Part shown: piece by piece, positions 44,611 through 54,233 of the stretch
How positions within the stretch are numbered: the first letter of the stretch is position 1
How the letters are laid out: every line of letters starts with the position of its first letter
Assembly: GCA_963709405.1 (NCBI GenBank)
Contig: CAVPXM010000021.1
Coordinates: 32,001 to 96,000 of the forward strand
Source of the DNA: an uncultured Nitrososphaerales archaeon
GTDB lineage: Archaea; Thermoproteota; Nitrososphaeria; Nitrososphaerales; Nitrososphaeraceae
Length of the DNA: 64,000 bases
Reading direction: 5' to 3'
Notes under the pieces: generated by a model
Seen by the model: only the letters and a program-made list of their open reading frames with translations
Told to the model about the DNA's origin: nothing
Databases searched by the model: none
Made by a program: the position numbers and the translations under genes

Positions 44611-45840
44611 ATGTTTCATGAAGGAAGAATGTCGCTAAAACCGTCGGATCCCAATCATTATGCGTATATTTATAATGAATCAGATAAGGAACGTTCCAAT
44701 ATTCAAATACTCGACTCGACACTTAGAGAAGGTGAACAGCATCCTGGCGTCTCGTTTACTACAAAGCAAAGGATTCAGATTGCATGGATGCTCGATTCCT
44801 TTGGTGTCGATCAGATCGAGATAAGTCCGGTGGTTTCGTCTGATCACCTTGTTTCTACAAAGACGATAATAAAGCAGGGTTTAAGTGCAGATATCCTGGC
44901 TCACGTTAGAGCAACAAGATCTGATATTGACGTAGCGATCAGCTGTGATGCCACATGGGTAGCTACATACATGGGGATTTCCGATATTCATCTATCCTCA
45001 AAACTAAAAATATCAAGGGAAGAAGCAAAAATTAGGGCTCTAGATGTTGCTGACTACATAAAGTCGCATGGTTTAAAGGCTCGCTTCACTATGGAGGACG
45101 CTAGTCGAACAGATCCTTCATTTCTAATTGATATGTGTAAAGAAATGAACAATCGAAAGATTGAAAGAATTAGCCTTCCAGATACAGTCGGCATTATGCG
45201 ACCAAGGGGCATGTATAATCTTGTCAATCGCGTTTATGAAAGTATTGATAAGTCGAAAAGCCTACTTGACGTTCATTGTCACAATGATTTGGGACTTGCA
45301 TTAGCAAATGCTTTGGCGGGGTGTGATGCAGGGGCAAATCAAATACACACTACAATTGATGGACTAGGAGAACGAACAGGGATTCCGTCGTTGGCTGAAA
45401 CCGCAGTTGCCTTAATGCTTATTTACAGATCTAATAATGATCTCAGATTACACATGTTGAAGGATTTGTCAAGGACTATTTCACAGTACACAGGATTGGA
45501 GATTCCCGAGTCAAAACCAATCGTTGGGGATAGCGCATATAAACACAAAGCAGGCACTCATCTTCCAGCGGTCTTACGAGATCCATCTGCATACGAAATT
45601 ATAAAACCAGAAACAGTTGGCAATAGGAGAAAGATAGTATTTGGTGAGCTTGCAGGAAAAAATGGAGCAGCCTATCTTTTATCTTTACTCGGACTGGAAA
45701 CAAACATTCATGAAGCTGAAAAATTGGCACGAGGATTGAAGGATCTCAGAATGGGAGACATACTGGAGCTGTACTTAGACGATCGGCTAGAAAGAAAGAT
45801 ACTTAATGATGTATCTCCAAATCTAAAGACTAAGGAGTAA
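44611..45840 (+). CDS. homocitrate synthase (LeuA family)
   Basis: LDSTLREGEQ, PDTVG, HCHND, GLGERTG and HKAGTH. No LeuA regulatory domain. Lies in the lys cluster. Confidence 0.88.
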   Translation: MFHEGRMSLKPSDPNHYAYIYNESDKERSNIQILDSTLREGEQHPGVSFTTKQRIQIAWMLDSFGVDQIEISPVVSSDHLVSTKTIIKQGLSADILAHVRATRSDIDVAISCDATWVATYMGISDIHLSSKLKISREEAKIRALDVADYIKSHGLKARFTMEDASRTDPSFLIDMCKEMNNRKIERISLPDTVGIMRPRGMYNLVNRVYESIDKSKSLLDVHCHNDLGLALANALAGCDAGANQIHTTIDGLGERTGIPSLAETAVALMLIYRSNNDLRLHMLKDLSRTISQYTGLEIPESKPIVGDSAYKHKAGTHLPAVLRDPSAYEIIKPETVGNRRKIVFGELAGKNGAAYLLSLLGLETNIHEAEKLARGLKDLRMGDILELYLDDRLERKILNDVSPNLKTKE

Positions 45841-45850
45841 TTGGTTAAAA

Positions 45851-46018
45851 ATGGTCAAGTGTCCAGAATGCGACGCAGAAATAAAGCCACCATCCGATTC
45901 GATCGAGGGGGAAATAGTGACCTGTCAGGATTGTGGAGCAAGTTATGAACTGGTGAAAGAAGCCACAGAATTTAGCCTTAAACCGGCCCAGACAGTCGGT
46001 GAGGATTGGGGTCAGTGA
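45851..46018 (+). CDS. lysW: amino-group carrier protein LysW (copy 2)
   Basis: Manual translation MVKCPECDAEIKPPSDSIEGEIVTCQDCGASYELVKEATEFSLKPAQTVGEDWGQ. Confidence 0.95.
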   Translation: MVKCPECDAEIKPPSDSIEGEIVTCQDCGASYELVKEATEFSLKPAQTVGEDWGQ

Positions 46019-46894
46019 ACGACGAGGCAAAATCTTCATCTCCTCATTTCGCGATTCTATATGACCAAATTAGATGGGAAGAAAAAGCATTATATGAAGC
46101 AGCTAAGAAACGAGGATTTGAACCAGTAAATATTGATTGTAAAAGTCTGTTTGTGGATTTAAATCAAGCAGAATCTCGATATAAGGACTTCACAATCATT
46201 CAGCGGTGTGTAAGTTATTTCAAGAATATTCATTCCACGGCTGCGCTGGAGGGGCTAGGCGCAGTGGTAATTAATCCGCTCAGTACAAATTCAATATGTG
46301 GTAATAAGCTGTATACCCACATGGCCCTTCAAAAAGCAGGCGTGAAGACGCCCAAAGCGATTTCCGCCTTCTCAGGGACATCAGCAATCGCAGCACTTGA
46401 TCAGTTAGGATATCCTGCCATAATAAAGCCAACAATTGGGAGTTGGGGGCGGCTGATCGCCGTTTTGAACGATAGGGAGGGCAGCTAAAGGTGTAATTGA
46501 GCACAGGGAGCATATGTTTCCTTTGTATCAAGTATATTATTTTGAGGAATTCGTAGATCGGCCACCTAGAGATATTAGGGCCATAATTATAGGTGAGAGA
46601 GTAGTCGCCGCTATTTATCGATACTCTGCAAGTGGTGAATGGAAAACAAACATGGCCTTAGGGGCGCATGCCGAAAATTGTCCAATCACCAAAGACCTAG
46701 AAGATATATGTCTTGAGGCGAACAAGGCTGTTAACGGAAAAATTGTTGGGGTCGATTTAATGGAAAGCAAAAAGGACGGGTTTGTGGTTCATGAGGTCAA
46801 TAATACAACTGAATTTAAGAATACTGTGAAGGTGACTGAGATCGATATTCCAGGACAGATGGTGGACTTCGTATCTGAATTAGGAAAGCATTGA
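46015..46894 (+). CDS. lysX: alpha-aminoadipate-LysW ligase; extra G at 46479-46481
   Basis: YDQIRWEEK and KPTIGSWGRL. After removing one G the frame continues REAAKGVIEHREHMFP..PPRDIR, WKTNMALG, HEVN. Confidence 0.9.
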
Positions 46895-46906
46895 GCCAGT
46901 AACAAA

Positions 46907-48025
46907 TTGGTCTCTATCAATTATGCCATCGAATTGCTAAAGATGGCCCTAGAATTGTATACGCCGTCGAGATCCGAATCAGCACTTGCTAATATGCTAA
47001 AGACGAGGTGTACTGAAGAGTTAGGATTTGAACAAACATACGTTGACAGTGTAGGGAATATACTAGCCACTAAAGGCTCTGGGGAACCACGAATTCTCCT
47101 TTGTGGCCATATGGACACCGTTCCTGGCAGGATCCCAGTCAGGATAGATGACGGTTACTTGTACGGAAGAGGAGCATCAGATGCCAAGGCGTCGTTAGTC
47201 TCTATGCTTCTAGCAGCTTCTGAGTTTCCAAAACAGAAAGGCACGATCATTTTTGTCGGTGTAGTAGATGAAGAAGGAAATGCCACAGGAATAAAGAACC
47301 TCGTAGCATCCAGATTACCATTCGACTATGCAATCTTTGGTGAACCTAGTGGTATCAAAAATATTACTATTGCATATAAGGGCAGATTATCAATTAGACT
47401 CACATGCGATGTAGGCAATAGCTCACATGCCAGTGCCCCTTGGTTATCTAAGAATTCCATCGAGGAAATCTATGATTTTTGGACTGGGATAAAATCTGAA
47501 ATATCCAGAATAAGTATATATGAAAATAAAACAAAAACTGTAAGCTGCAGTCTAACAGAAATTGTTGGTGGATCTAGTCACAATGTTACTCCACGAAAAT
47601 CTACTATGACCATTGATATACGTATTCCAGTATCCATAAAATCTCAAGATGTGCTACACCTCATTGATCAAGTTATATGCAAAATTGCGAGTGAAAAGGG
47701 AGTTAAAGCTACTTATAGAATACAGGACCAAACCGAACCCTTTGAAGCGAGCTATTCCTCGGCTTTAGTGAGAGCCATGTCATTATCAATAATTGATGTA
47801 TGTAAAATTCGACCTACGCTTTTGAGGAAAACAGGCACAGGTGATATGAATATTTTAGGTAATGCATTCAAGATTCCTGTAGTGACATACGGGCCTGGCG
47901 AACCTCATGCATCACATACAGCTAATGAACGGGTAAACCTTGAAGAATATGTCACCAGCATAGATGTATTCTCCAGGGCTCTGTTTCATATTTCTAGACT
48001 ACATACCCGAAAAAAACCTACCTAG
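46907..48025 (+). CDS. lysK: LysW-lysine/ornithine hydrolase (M20)
   Basis: LCGHMDTV, GRGASDAK, DEEG, GEPS, HAS, GTGDMN, YGPG. Confidence 0.93.
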   Translation: MVSINYAIELLKMALELYTPSRSESALANMLKTRCTEELGFEQTYVDSVGNILATKGSGEPRILLCGHMDTVPGRIPVRIDDGYLYGRGASDAKASLVSMLLAASEFPKQKGTIIFVGVVDEEGNATGIKNLVASRLPFDYAIFGEPSGIKNITIAYKGRLSIRLTCDVGNSSHASAPWLSKNSIEEIYDFWTGIKSEISRISIYENKTKTVSCSLTEIVGGSSHNVTPRKSTMTIDIRIPVSIKSQDVLHLIDQVICKIASEKGVKATYRIQDQTEPFEASYSSALVRAMSLSIIDVCKIRPTLLRKTGTGDMNILGNAFKIPVVTYGPGEPHASHTANERVNLEEYVTSIDVFSRALFHISRLHTRKKPT

Positions 48026-48073
48026 TATACAGTCAAACAAGATTTAATTCTAGCCCCTTCATGTCATCGCTAT

Positions 48074-49147
48074 ATGCTTTGGTTTATTGGGTTGGGAATC
48101 AATGGATATCTTGGCCTAAGCGTCCATGCGATAAACATTTTGAAGAAATGTAATAAAATATGGGTAGAAAGGTTCACAAGTGAAATCTCAGAAGAGGATC
48201 TGACTTGCATACGAGCGTTGATAGGTGACACAGGTAAAGAAATAATTACCGTAAAGAGATGGTTCGTAGAGGATGGTCGGCTAATTCTGGAAGAAGCAAA
48301 AAAGAAGGAAGTGGCACTCTTATCATACGGCGATCCCCTTATCGCCACAACACATTTGGAACTATTCATAAGAGCCAAGAGGAATTCCATTGATGTGAGG
48401 GTGATTCATGCGGCATCTGGTTTAACTTCTGTTATTGGCGAAATTGGGCTGCATTTTTATAAATGTGGAAGATGTGTGACCATGATGTCCGAACCTCAAT
48501 CTGGTATAAGTGTATATAATACCATCCATGACAACCTGATGGCGGGTAATCACACTCTAATTTTGACCGAGTATGCCGACAATGATAGTGGCAACCCATC
48601 ATTCCTTGAGCCTAGAAAAGCATTAAAATTCCTGCTTGACATTGAAGGCGATCTAAAATATGGAATTCTGAACACCGAAACCTTTGCCATTATTGCTTCT
48701 AGAATAGGAGCAGAAGATAGGAGAATAGTTTCCGGAAAAATTGAGTCGCTAATCGATATGGACTTTGGTTTGGGACCACATTCTATCGTCATTACTGGTA
48801 AGCTACATTTTACCGAAGAAGATGGGATCATTAATCTTACTCATAATTTAGATGACCCTGTGGACAATACCTTGAAGGCATATAGACTCTCAGTTAAGAT
48901 GATTGAACGTTACGCTCCGAAGGCGAAGATAGCACTGAGAAATTTGAAAAATATTCTAGATGGCGAAAGCGATTCCTCTGGTAACAAAGGGATACTGGAA
49001 TCTCTCGATAATGCTGAGCACTATATCTACGATGCAGAGCGATTCCTCGGACAAGGTAAATTAGAACTTGCTGTACTGAGTATAGGCTATGCAGAAGGAT
49101 TGATTGATGCATCAAGATACCAAATGGGTGTAAACCCATGGTCATAA
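48074..49147 (+). CDS. dph5: diphthine synthase with C-terminal DUF357-like extension
   Basis: LWFIGLG, GDPLIATTH, YKCGR, PHSIV, LHFTEE. The C-terminus reads NAEHYIYDAERF...AVLSIGYAEGLIDA. Confidence 0.92.
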   Translation: MLWFIGLGINGYLGLSVHAINILKKCNKIWVERFTSEISEEDLTCIRALIGDTGKEIITVKRWFVEDGRLILEEAKKKEVALLSYGDPLIATTHLELFIRAKRNSIDVRVIHAASGLTSVIGEIGLHFYKCGRCVTMMSEPQSGISVYNTIHDNLMAGNHTLILTEYADNDSGNPSFLEPRKALKFLLDIEGDLKYGILNTETFAIIASRIGAEDRRIVSGKIESLIDMDFGLGPHSIVITGKLHFTEEDGIINLTHNLDDPVDNTLKAYRLSVKMIERYAPKAKIALRNLKNILDGESDSSGNKGILESLDNAEHYIYDAERFLGQGKLELAVLSIGYAEGLIDASRYQMGVNPWS

Positions 49148-49317
49148 AGGCAATTATCTGCCCGGTTAATAAGACAGTACGTCAGTACGCCGATATGCAG
49201 CAGATATACTGAACAATTGTTTTGGATGATTTAGGAGAGAATTTGTTACAATCGTTATAGTCATGCGACATGAATAGTATAAAAATGGCAAGAGTGTCAA
49301 GAGCTGGTGATAACCAC

Positions 49318-50757
49318 ATGCAAATACCACCAGATCTAATGCATTTCGTTCAACATGATACATACTCGCTACTGATCAAGGGCAACTCCGGAACAGGTAA
49401 GACCACACTATCCCTAACGATTTTGAAAGCGCTAGAGGTCCGAAGTAATTTCTTCTACATATCCACTAGGCTGTCTCCAAGACAACTTTTTGTAAATTAT
49501 CCATGGCTAGATAAATTTGTCGTGCGAGAAAATATAGAAGTTAATGACCTGACAAATCAGCGAACAAGTCTTTCAAGTTTTGAGGATGCTCGTCTTGATG
49601 AACCTGAATCACTATTTGAACGGATTACAAATCAACTGATGGATGTTAAGGCCCCAATCATAATTATTGATAGCTGGGATGCGATAGCTTCATTCATGGA
49701 TACCGAAGCACGATTGAATAATGAAAGAGTTTTGCAAACATGGCGTGAGAGGGCGGGGGCAAAATTGATCTTCACCAGTGAGGATGCAGAAGATAATACA
49801 CTTGACTTTCTTGTAGACGGAATAGTAGAATTAAAACAAAGCGCCTATAGAACCACGAGTGTTAGGCAAATTATCCTTTCGAAATTGCGAGGGATTAAGA
49901 TAAATCGATCTTCTTATATTTTCACGCTTAATAATGGTATATTCCAAAGCTATAAGCATTATGATCCTTCTGATTTTCTCATTGTCAACCCAGCTACCAA
50001 TGCTGTGGCAAGTAGAAATCGAGTTGAACAGAAGGAATCATCTTTAGGCCTAAAGTCGAGCTCAAAAATAGCGAAAAAATTCACGGGAATCGAATGCGAA
50101 AGTCTGAGGATTCAGTTGTCTACCCAAGCTTTAAAAAATAGACTTGTACTTCTTGAAGTTGATCAAGTCATTTCTCCAAACGTATGTATATCATTTTTAG
50201 CTAAAATTATGTCTCAATTTATCAATAATGACGATAGTGTTATAATTCAACCTTCTTCAGATACTGAACCAAAGGTACTCTTGAATTACCTCCAGCCTTA
50301 CGTATATCAGAAACTAGGAAAAAATCTCCGAATATTTCACCACATGAGTAAAGATCCAGAGATTTCAGAATTCATTGTTGAGTATCGCTTTGAAGATACC
50401 TTCTCTGAAAGATTTAAAAAATTCCAAAACATCGTGTCTAACGTACGAAGTCAGCATAAGAACAGGTTATTGTTGAACCTTGTGATGCTAGAGGACCTCG
50501 GTGAAAGATTAAATGAAGATTCTCGTTTTTCAGAAATCATTTCATACCTAAAACTGAATACTAATCTTTCTGTATTGGTTTCTATTGGGCCAAATAAGCA
50601 TAAAGAAATAATCCGTAAAGTAGATATATATCTGAAACTGAAGATATTAAGCGACACTCTATTTCTACAATCGGTCATCCCAAGTGGACATTGCCATGCC
50701 GTATTGGTACAGAGATCACTTGGGGTTCCAAGGATCAGGTTAGATTGCCTAGTTTAA
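49318..50757 (+). CDS. GvpD/KaiC/RAD55-like P-loop ATPase (active N-domain, degenerate C-domain)
   Basis: SLLIKGNSGTGKTT, YISTR, IIIDSWD, LDFLVDGIVEL, KLRG. Confidence 0.85.
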   Translation: MQIPPDLMHFVQHDTYSLLIKGNSGTGKTTLSLTILKALEVRSNFFYISTRLSPRQLFVNYPWLDKFVVRENIEVNDLTNQRTSLSSFEDARLDEPESLFERITNQLMDVKAPIIIIDSWDAIASFMDTEARLNNERVLQTWRERAGAKLIFTSEDAEDNTLDFLVDGIVELKQSAYRTTSVRQIILSKLRGIKINRSSYIFTLNNGIFQSYKHYDPSDFLIVNPATNAVASRNRVEQKESSLGLKSSSKIAKKFTGIECESLRIQLSTQALKNRLVLLEVDQVISPNVCISFLAKIMSQFINNDDSVIIQPSSDTEPKVLLNYLQPYVYQKLGKNLRIFHHMSKDPEISEFIVEYRFEDTFSERFKKFQNIVSNVRSQHKNRLLLNLVMLEDLGERLNEDSRFSEIISYLKLNTNLSVLVSIGPNKHKEIIRKVDIYLKLKILSDTLFLQSVIPSGHCHAVLVQRSLGVPRIRLDCLV

Positions 50758-50762
50758 ATGCC

Positions 50763-51059
50763 TCAGACGCTTAGACGATAGTATTCCTCAGTAGGATTAT
50801 CTTCAATCCCAACTGGTAGCAACTCCTTCATTTGATCATAATAAGACAGAAATTTGTCTCCTTTTGCTGTAATTCGATACACAATTTTGGTTCCATTGTC
50901 GACTTCCTGAATTAGGCCGCTCTGAAGAAGTGAATCAAGATAGATCTTGCATTGATCATTGCTCAACATGGCCTTGTACATTATTTTTGTTCGGGTCTCT
51001 TCTCTGTTTGCAGATTTAAGAATAGCAGCTATTACCTCGTAACGACTACGATTTTTCAT
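50763..51059 (-). CDS. winged-helix transcriptional regulator
   Basis: RSRYEVIAAIL...TKIMYKAMLS..YLDSLLQSGLI..YRITAKG. Confidence 0.88.
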   Translation of the reverse strand: MKNRSRYEVIAAILKSANREETRTKIMYKAMLSNDQCKIYLDSLLQSGLIQEVDNGTKIVYRITAKGDKFLSYYDQMKELLPVGIEDNPTEEYYRLSV

Positions 51060-51154
51060 TTATGACAATTCAATTAGACCTACATTCCATTTAACATGAG
51101 TGGAACTATCCGATAGAATTATTATAAACGTCGTGAGCACTTTAAAATAGTATT

Positions 51155-51454
51155 TCACAGAAAAAAAGCTGGATCTCTTTTGAATAAACGAGCCAAATCA
51201 TGGTACCTTTCAATCGCTTCTGTTCCCAATTTACTCGTCTTATATATATATCGCTTAGAATTGGGGTGTTCCTGTGTTCTTTCAAGCATCGAACATTCAT
51301 ACAGAAAATCTAGATACTCATTTATTTGCTTCGAATTGAGATTACACCGATACATGACATGCGTTTTTCGAGCACCATCTTTACACATTGAGAGTATAAA
51401 TTCAACAATTTCCAACCATCCTCTATTAGTCCAACCTGTTGACCTTAACGGCAA
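51155..51454 (-). CDS. winged-helix transcriptional regulator
   Basis: RGWLEIVEFIL..GARKTHVMYRCNLNSKQINEYL..YKTSKLG. Confidence 0.88.
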   Translation of the reverse strand: MPLRSTGWTNRGWLEIVEFILSMCKDGARKTHVMYRCNLNSKQINEYLDFLYECSMLERTQEHPNSKRYIYKTSKLGTEAIERYHDLARLFKRDPAFFL

Positions 51455-51859
51455 TTCTTCTTAAAATAGATCAGATCTTCTTACTATTAATACTAAGCAT
51501 CGTACCTGTTAATTAGCCACTAAGTAACGACAAATCAAAGAAAGCGCGTTAGATTTAATTTATATTGTGGAATTCATCCTCGCCTTAAATACTTATATTA
51601 ATTCAACTAAGTTCACATACTACTTGACTAAAGTTCATTCTAAAACCTCTAAAGCTTCGTCATTTCGGCTTTAAAGCGACCATCTAGTGTGCGAACAGAA
51701 ACTAATATCTTTGATTATTGACTTGCATATCACTATAGTTTAATCTACCGTAGGCCGTTGCATTCCATTGGCTGGTGTAACCATCCAACCGCTAGGTACA
51801 TTTTACTTAAGATCACCATTCCAATACCTTTAAAAAAAGGCGAAATATATACGAATGAT

Positions 51860-51985
51860 ATGGCTGACGAAATATTCATGTTCGCGTTGACTTGTGGTGT
51901 CTTTGTGGTCTTTACGGCTATCTTGTTTGGCTCAAGGGTGAAAAGGAAATCCACGGAAGTAAAGATTGAAGAAAAACACGAGTGA
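51860..51985 (+). CDS. 41-aa single-TM small protein
   Basis: MADEIFMFALTCGVFVVFTAILFGSRVKRKSTEVKIEEKHE, with TTAAAAAA ~25 nt upstream. Confidence 0.5.
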   Translation: MADEIFMFALTCGVFVVFTAILFGSRVKRKSTEVKIEEKHE

Positions 51986-52234
51986 CATATCATCACAAAA
52001 TGGGTACGTGGCCTCTCCATTCATCTCCTTATAACAGTATGCACTGCCGGACAGTTTGTTATGAGCGTAATAGATATTCCTTGTAATAATTGCTAATGAA
52101 TCGTTGCAATAACTACACCAACCACCATTGCAGTATCTAGCGAGAGTTAATTGTTGCGACACAGATAATGAAGAAATCGATTATTGGAAGCAACGCACAA
52201 ACAGTTTATAATCTATATGATTGTCAGACTGTAT

Positions 52235-53038
52235 ATGAGATCTGATCATTCTGAGATCAACATCGTTTACTCTTCAAAAACTATTCCAACATTACGTTAC
52301 CCTGTCTTAATATGTGGATTTCCAGGAAGCGGCTATGTTGGCAAATTAGCAGTAGATCATCTGATACATGAACTCAATGCGACTCACTTGGCAGATATTT
52401 ACTCTACTTCATTTCCTGCTCAACTATTAATAAGAGCTGACGGTACTGCAGATCTTTTAAAAAATTATATATTCTATTCAAACGTACCAACTTCTTACGG
52501 TACTGGCCTACTTTTGCTAAGTGGTGACTCCCAGCCATCCAATCCTAATTCGGAATATTTTCTTGCCGAGGAAATATTAGATATTGCATCAAGATTTAGT
52601 ACAGGCCAAGTATTGACCTTGGCGGCATATATTACTGGAACATTTGTAACTGATCCGCGCATATTTGGCACGGCGGGCGATCTAGATACTATAAAAACCT
52701 TCAACGAGCTAAATGTTCATACGATGGAAGGTGGGAGCATTACTGGTATGAATGGGATTGTTGTTGGTATTGCTAAGCGTCGAGGAATGAAAGGAACATG
52801 CTTACTTGGCGAAACATCTGGATATGTAATAGATGCAAAGGCATCAAAGGCTATTCTGGAGACCGTGGTAAGAATCTTAAATCTAAAGATAGATATGACC
52901 AATATCGAGAGAAGAGCAAAAGACACCGAAATGTTAATCAAGACGATAGAGCAACAGATGACAGGCACTTTAAAGCAACAAGAAGAACAACAATCAATTA
53001 TTCCGAATAGACCTTCTGATATGGGATATATTAGTTAG
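52235..53038 (+). CDS. PAC2-family proteasome assembly chaperone-like protein
   Basis: CGFPGSGYVGKLA, GDSQP, ITGMNG, CLLGETSG, C-terminal GYIS. Confidence 0.9.
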   Translation: MRSDHSEINIVYSSKTIPTLRYPVLICGFPGSGYVGKLAVDHLIHELNATHLADIYSTSFPAQLLIRADGTADLLKNYIFYSNVPTSYGTGLLLLSGDSQPSNPNSEYFLAEEILDIASRFSTGQVLTLAAYITGTFVTDPRIFGTAGDLDTIKTFNELNVHTMEGGSITGMNGIVVGIAKRRGMKGTCLLGETSGYVIDAKASKAILETVVRILNLKIDMTNIERRAKDTEMLIKTIEQQMTGTLKQQEEQQSIIPNRPSDMGYIS

Positions 53039-53158
53039 AAAGATGTGGCACAAACTGGCATCTGTCTAGAAATATATGGGATTCATATTGAACATGTCAG
53101 ATGGAAATAAAGCGGGACGCTTATTATCCATGCAATCTACGTAATAAATATAGGTAAT

Positions 53159-53446
53159 CTATAGTCTCTTTAGCTTTCCGTATCTTCCTATATTAAGACT
53201 ATTCTCTCCACGAAATGACTGAGTATATCCATTCTCGATAGCAACGTTATCCCCGTCTTTTACCAAATTGATTTGATCGTCCCAGAGAGACAGTTTTATG
53301 CTTCCGGTCTCATCAGAGATCATGGCGTCTGCAACTTGCGCAGTGCCCCCAGTTCTCAAATTCACCGTCCTTGGCTCAGTTATGCTATCTATTCTTCCTT
53401 CTACATTGACTCCTCGCATTCCAGGTTTCAACTCAGTGATCTTCAT
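53159..53446 (-). CDS. ssb: single OB-fold ssDNA-binding protein
   Basis: MKITELKPG..VNV, DETGSIKLSLW, IENGYT.SFRGE..LNIGRYG. Confidence 0.9.
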   Translation of the reverse strand: MKITELKPGMRGVNVEGRIDSITEPRTVNLRTGGTAQVADAMISDETGSIKLSLWDDQINLVKDGDNVAIENGYTQSFRGENSLNIGRYGKLKRL

Positions 53447-53633
53447 TACTTGTTTCACATCGTTACATAGCAATAATAAAGGTTCTGTATAGTAAGGCAT
53501 CGTGTGCCAGATCATATGGATGTAATGAACTCCAGAACTGAATTCGTCTCGCACTTAGCCGCATCCACTATTCTAAAGTAAATGAAAACACATAGTAACC
53601 AAGAAATAAGTAAACCTATTGGGATCATTGCGT

Positions 53634-53767
53634 GGAGGGGTAGCGAAGCCAGGTCAAACGCGCAGGACTCAAGATCAAGATAAGTAACCTAAGATTCGTG
53701 CCTATGTAAATCAAGATGAGTGATCCCGTCCTTCAGGGGTTCGTGGGTTCGAATCCCACCCCCTCCA
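53634..53767 (+). tRNA. tRNA-Leu(CAA) with 49-nt intron (53674-53722) at 37/38
   Basis: Acceptor stem GGAGGGG/CCCCTCC-A, BHB motif CTCA-AGA...TGAG-TGA, a variable arm, and GGTTCGAATCC. Confidence 0.88.
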
Positions 53768-54233
53768 TGACAATAAAGATGTGTTTGGGTTGTTTTGTAT
53801 CTTCTAATTCTGAAAACAAATTTGGCTTGTGTTTCAAGCTAGCTTTTTGACTCGATGTTTCCTAATGCTATATTTTGTACGAGATAAGAAAATTATCTTC
53901 GAAAAGAGCTTCTGTTGCACTATTCATGTTATGTCGATCCTGAGCAAATCGCACTAACAATAATGTGCGTTCCCTTTGAATCACGATTGACGATAACAAT
54001 AGATTCTTGTATTTTCATACAGTAATACTGATGGATCTTCTTGATTATTCATCTCAACTTAGTTGGTGGGTCCAATATATTTGATTTGAGTTTAAAGATG
54101 ATTATCTTTAGCTAATCAGCTGATAATTCTAACTGCCTGACAGCATTTAACCGTAAGAACTATGTGGTTGTTGTAAAATTACAATATAATTTTATGAATA
54201 TACAGATTCGGTCAATAATGTTTCTGCCAATTA

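Noticed and set aside
49270-50757. Gas vesicle or circadian clock locus
   Set aside because: No gvpA or kaiB nearby; only the ATPase is present.
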